Notes under the pieces: model-generated
What the model was told of the DNA's origin: nothing
What the model saw: the letters and a program-made list of their open reading frames with translations, nothing else
Databases searched by the model: none
From: Diplonema japonicum
Taxonomy: Eukaryota; Protista; Euglenozoa: Diplonemea
Direction: 5' to 3'
DNA: 64,000 bases
NCBI GenBank assembly: GCA_964019335.1
Contig: OZ025695.1
Span: 434,001-498,000 of the forward strand
Shown: positions 60,973 to 64,000 of the stretch, piece after piece
Layout: each line of letters opens with the position of its first letter
How positions within the stretch are numbered: position 1 is the first letter of the stretch
Translations under genes and position numbers: made by a program

Positions 60973-62675
60973 CCTAGTGACCCGTTGTAGCTACTCAGCG
61001 GCTTGGGCGTGAAAATCAACAATGCAACGCAGAGGTGATGGCTGTAGGGACCTAGGGCGCGCGGGGTGTAGTGCTGACTTCCTTCTTGATAAAAAGTGAT
61101 ACTGACCTCTCAGACTCCCAAAGGGGTATTGAGGGCCGACACAAAGGTAGAAATATGCCCACTTTATGACACGGAAAACCTTTCTCCAGGGTTTTACTAC
61201 GAGTCGGTGGTGGAGGGAGGGGAAGGGGGCAACCGAAAAAAAATGGTGAATAAATGAAAATTAGGGGTCTACACATCACATCTAACAAGTATCCCTCTCT
61301 CCAATTTACACGATATTTCGTGCGTTATAATATAATAAAACACAAATTAAAAAAAAAAAAACCCCACCGGGTTAATTTGTCCTCCCTCTACCAATATATA
61401 GGTTCTGTTCTCTGAGAAGAAAATGAAAAAAAAAAATTCTTCTTCATTTTGTGTGCAATTCTTTTTTTTTTTTTGATGAATATTTTTCAAGGTTTGACCT
61501 TCCCAAAGTTTTTTTTTTGCTTTAGAAGGACGTTCTCTCCCCCCCCCCCTTTTTTTGTCATGTTTGTATCTACCTTGCTCCCTTCTGGGGCCTCGGGAGG
61601 CCTTTCTTCCTGTGTTGCCTTTTTCTCTTTAAGAAAAGGCACATGCAATGAGAATAAAATGGGGTCTGGTGGGTTATGTGCAGAAAAAGGAGAAATAAAA
61701 AAGAAAAGGAAACAAAAAAATGAAAAAGACAGAATGGCGGCAAAAACGAAAGGGGGAGGGGGGAACTATTCTGGCGCATTAAAAACACATCCCAGCTGAC
61801 GCTAGGTGGTAGCACACAACAATGGGAGGAGGGGAGAAGAAGAAAAGGGAGGGAAACAACAAAAAAAAAAAAAAAAAAAAGGGTTGGTCTCGAGATGGAG
61901 CAAAAGGGGTGGAGGACAGACAAGAAAAAAAGAGAGAAAGAAAGTTGAAAAAGAGATTTCAAAAAAAAAAAAGGAAAAAAAAAAAAGAAAAGAAAACGGA
62001 AGAAAAAAGAGGGAGACGAAAAAAAACAAAGAAATTACACTGAAACCTTCAACACTCCCTTCTTCTTCTTCTTTTTTTTTTTTTTCTCCTCGTTTTTATA
62101 ACCAATCCAGAAAAAAAAAAACAACTTTCTTTTTGTTTCTATCCCTTTTTATTTATTTTTTTATTCCTCTTGCTTTCCGTCCATAGACCTTTTGCGTCTT
62201 CTTCAATTAAAAAAAAAAAAAAAAAAAAACCACTCTTTATACCCCCGCTCTCTCACTCTCGGTTGATCGTCCCCTTTGTTTTTTTTTTTTCTTGGTTTTT
62301 TTTTTTCTTGTTTTTTTTTCTTCTCTTCATCAGACAACAAACCAAACACTTTATGAGGAATGCTAATTTATTATTCCTTTTTTTTCTTTTTTTTAAAGAG
62401 GTAATTCACTATTATACGGGAAGAAGTGTTAGAACAAACAAAACAAGGGGGGGGGGGGGGGGGGGATTAGTTGGTGGTGCTCCTTTTGCTTTTTTCTTTT
62501 TTTGGTTGCGCACGAGCAGGAAATAAGAGAGATACCCATGGGAGCATGAAAGATCTGGGCCTGCTCGAAGGGGGGGGCGGGTGGGTTGTATTTAAAACGA
62601 AAATAAGAGAGAGAAACCTGTCATGTCTCGCACCGTGACCGTGAAGGAGACTATTCCCCCACACTGCGCAACACT

Positions 62676-63872
62676 TCACACCTCTTCATGCACAATAGGC
62701 GTCTTCAGGTCTGTAACATCAGGCGAGTCCGAAGGCATGTCGTCCGAGGACTCAGGTCTTCCAAAAACAAAGACACTCTGTTCACAAGATGTGTCGGGGA
62801 CCGACTTGTCAGCCGGATGCACAGAAGCGTCCTGCACCCCATGCTTGTGGAAGACATCCACCACCATCCCCAACACAACGCACATTTCCTCAGCTGATTC
62901 CACCGACATGGCAACCTTGCACGAGCCTACATTCTGCACATCCGTGAGCTGCCACACAGCCAGCTTGTTCACGGCCTTCACTTCATTGATAGCGAGGATC
63001 TCTTTTCTCAGAAGGTCCACATTGACAGTGGGAGGGGTCCCTTGCAGCATGATGAAAACGGTTTTTTTAGCCAGCGGGAAGGCGGCCTTCACAAGAAGCC
63101 CCGTAATGAGCAGTGACAGGACGGGGTCCACGATGTACCGCCAGGACCACGTCGTCTTCCACATGATGAGAGCTGCGATGATGACGGCGACAGAAGCAAG
63201 CGTGTCGCCAAGGAGGTGCAGGTACAGCGCTTGGGAATTTGTGTGGCCCTCTTGTTTAACGGGCCTCCTGATGAGCTCGTGTGTGGAGTTGGCCCGTGAC
63301 CCCATGGACGCCCTGTGCTCTGCAGACCCCGCTGAGTAACGGTGTTCCAATTCGATGTCTGTCATGGTGACGGGTGCCGCATGGCTGTGGCCATGGTCGT
63401 GGCCGTGATGATGGCTGTGGCCGTGCCCCCCATGTGCGTGATCGCACCCCATGTGTGAATGTTCTCTGAACACGACAAGGCCGAGCAGGTTGATGAGCAG
63501 GCCCACAGAAGCCGTTACGAGCAGAACGACAGGCTGCTCGATTTTCTCATCGAGGAAGAGCCTGTGGATGGACTCGACTGCTATCGTGAAGCACAGCGCC
63601 AGCAGGAACACGGAGTTGACCAAAGCGCCCACCAGCTCCGCACGTTTCCACCCGTATGTGAAGTTGTCCGTCTTTTCTTTCTTTGCCGCTTTGATTGATA
63701 TCAACGTGATGATCAGCGCGAGGCAGTCGGACATCACATGGAACGCATCGGCCGTCAACGCCACGCAGTTCGTGAGCCTCCCGACCACCAGCTCCACAAA
63801 GAAATAACCCCCGGTGAGGATGATCATCATCCACACCCTCGTCTCGCGTTGCCACTCGCTGGGCCACTTCAT
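62676..63872 (-). CDS. Cation diffusion facilitator zinc transporter (ZnT1/SLC30A1-like)
   Basis: ALTADAFHVMSD, TYGWKRAELVGALVNSVFL, His-rich loop, LYLHLLGD, YIVDPVLS, ILLQ-like IMLQGTP. Confidence 0.93.
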   Translation of the reverse strand: MKWPSEWQRETRVWMMIILTGGYFFVELVVGRLTNCVALTADAFHVMSDCLALIITLISIKAAKKEKTDNFTYGWKRAELVGALVNSVFLLALCFTIAVESIHRLFLDEKIEQPVVLLVTASVGLLINLLGLVVFREHSHMGCDHAHGGHGHSHHHGHDHGHSHAAPVTMTDIELEHRYSAGSAEHRASMGSRANSTHELIRRPVKQEGHTNSQALYLHLLGDTLASVAVIIAALIMWKTTWSWRYIVDPVLSLLITGLLVKAAFPLAKKTVFIMLQGTPPTVNVDLLRKEILAINEVKAVNKLAVWQLTDVQNVGSCKVAMSVESAEEMCVVLGMVVDVFHKHGVQDASVHPADKSVPDTSCEQSVFVFGRPESSDDMPSDSPDVTDLKTPIVHEEV

Positions 63873-64000
63873 CTTCAGCTGGAAGGGGCCTCAGAATGCT
63901 AGAATCGAAATTGAAGAGAAATAAAAAAAAGGGGGGGGATAGACTGGCAAGGGCCTCCGTTTACTTACTAAAAAAGACATCATAGTAAACAGGTCTGTAG

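Noticed and set aside
767-62526. Dozens of ORFs rich in K, F, G or P runs
   Set aside because: They are translations of A/T/G/C homopolymers in spacers, which lack stop codons by composition
1-64000. Alternative genetic code, non-canonical introns, tRNA/rRNA/SL RNA genes
   Set aside because: Long genes translate without internal stops in the standard code, all 15 introns are GT-AG, and no tRNA, rRNA or SL RNA was recognisable by eye

Overview
Eukaryotic nuclear DNA, most likely a euglenozoan and probably a diplonemid-type flagellate (inference). It holds 21 supportable protein genes, all on the minus strand and often only 100-200 nt apart, which looks like one directional (polycistronic, trans-spliced) gene cluster. 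The genes are a CAMK/SNF1-type kinase, AP-4 mu, triple-SH3, SET methyltransferase, FAH, Kelch, Hikeshi, arylsulfatase, PH-like, a triple-repeat protein, inner-arm dynein HC, an eIF4E with five PAM2 motifs, a degenerate TRF4-like nucleotidyltransferase, a giant TIG/IPT surface protein, an IP3 receptor, UBL-ankyrin, EMC7, a CDF zinc transporter and three hypotheticals. The most striking feature is the gene architecture. I can place 15 GT-AG introns: 14 are 35-72 nt, most are filled with poly(A) instead of a polypyrimidine tract, 13/15 are phase 0, and they are strongly biased to gene 3' ends. By contrast, the putative trans-splice acceptors keep pyrimidine tracts and are often followed by poly(A) leaders running into the ATG. 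Mobile DNA comprises a decayed piggyBac with TIRs and TTAA, a nested foldback MITE inside a hAT-like MITE, a small intronic MITE, and a three-member family with asymmetric inverted repeats plus a long 3' hairpin. All exon/intron models are manual reconstructions, and homopolymer lengths may carry sequencing error.
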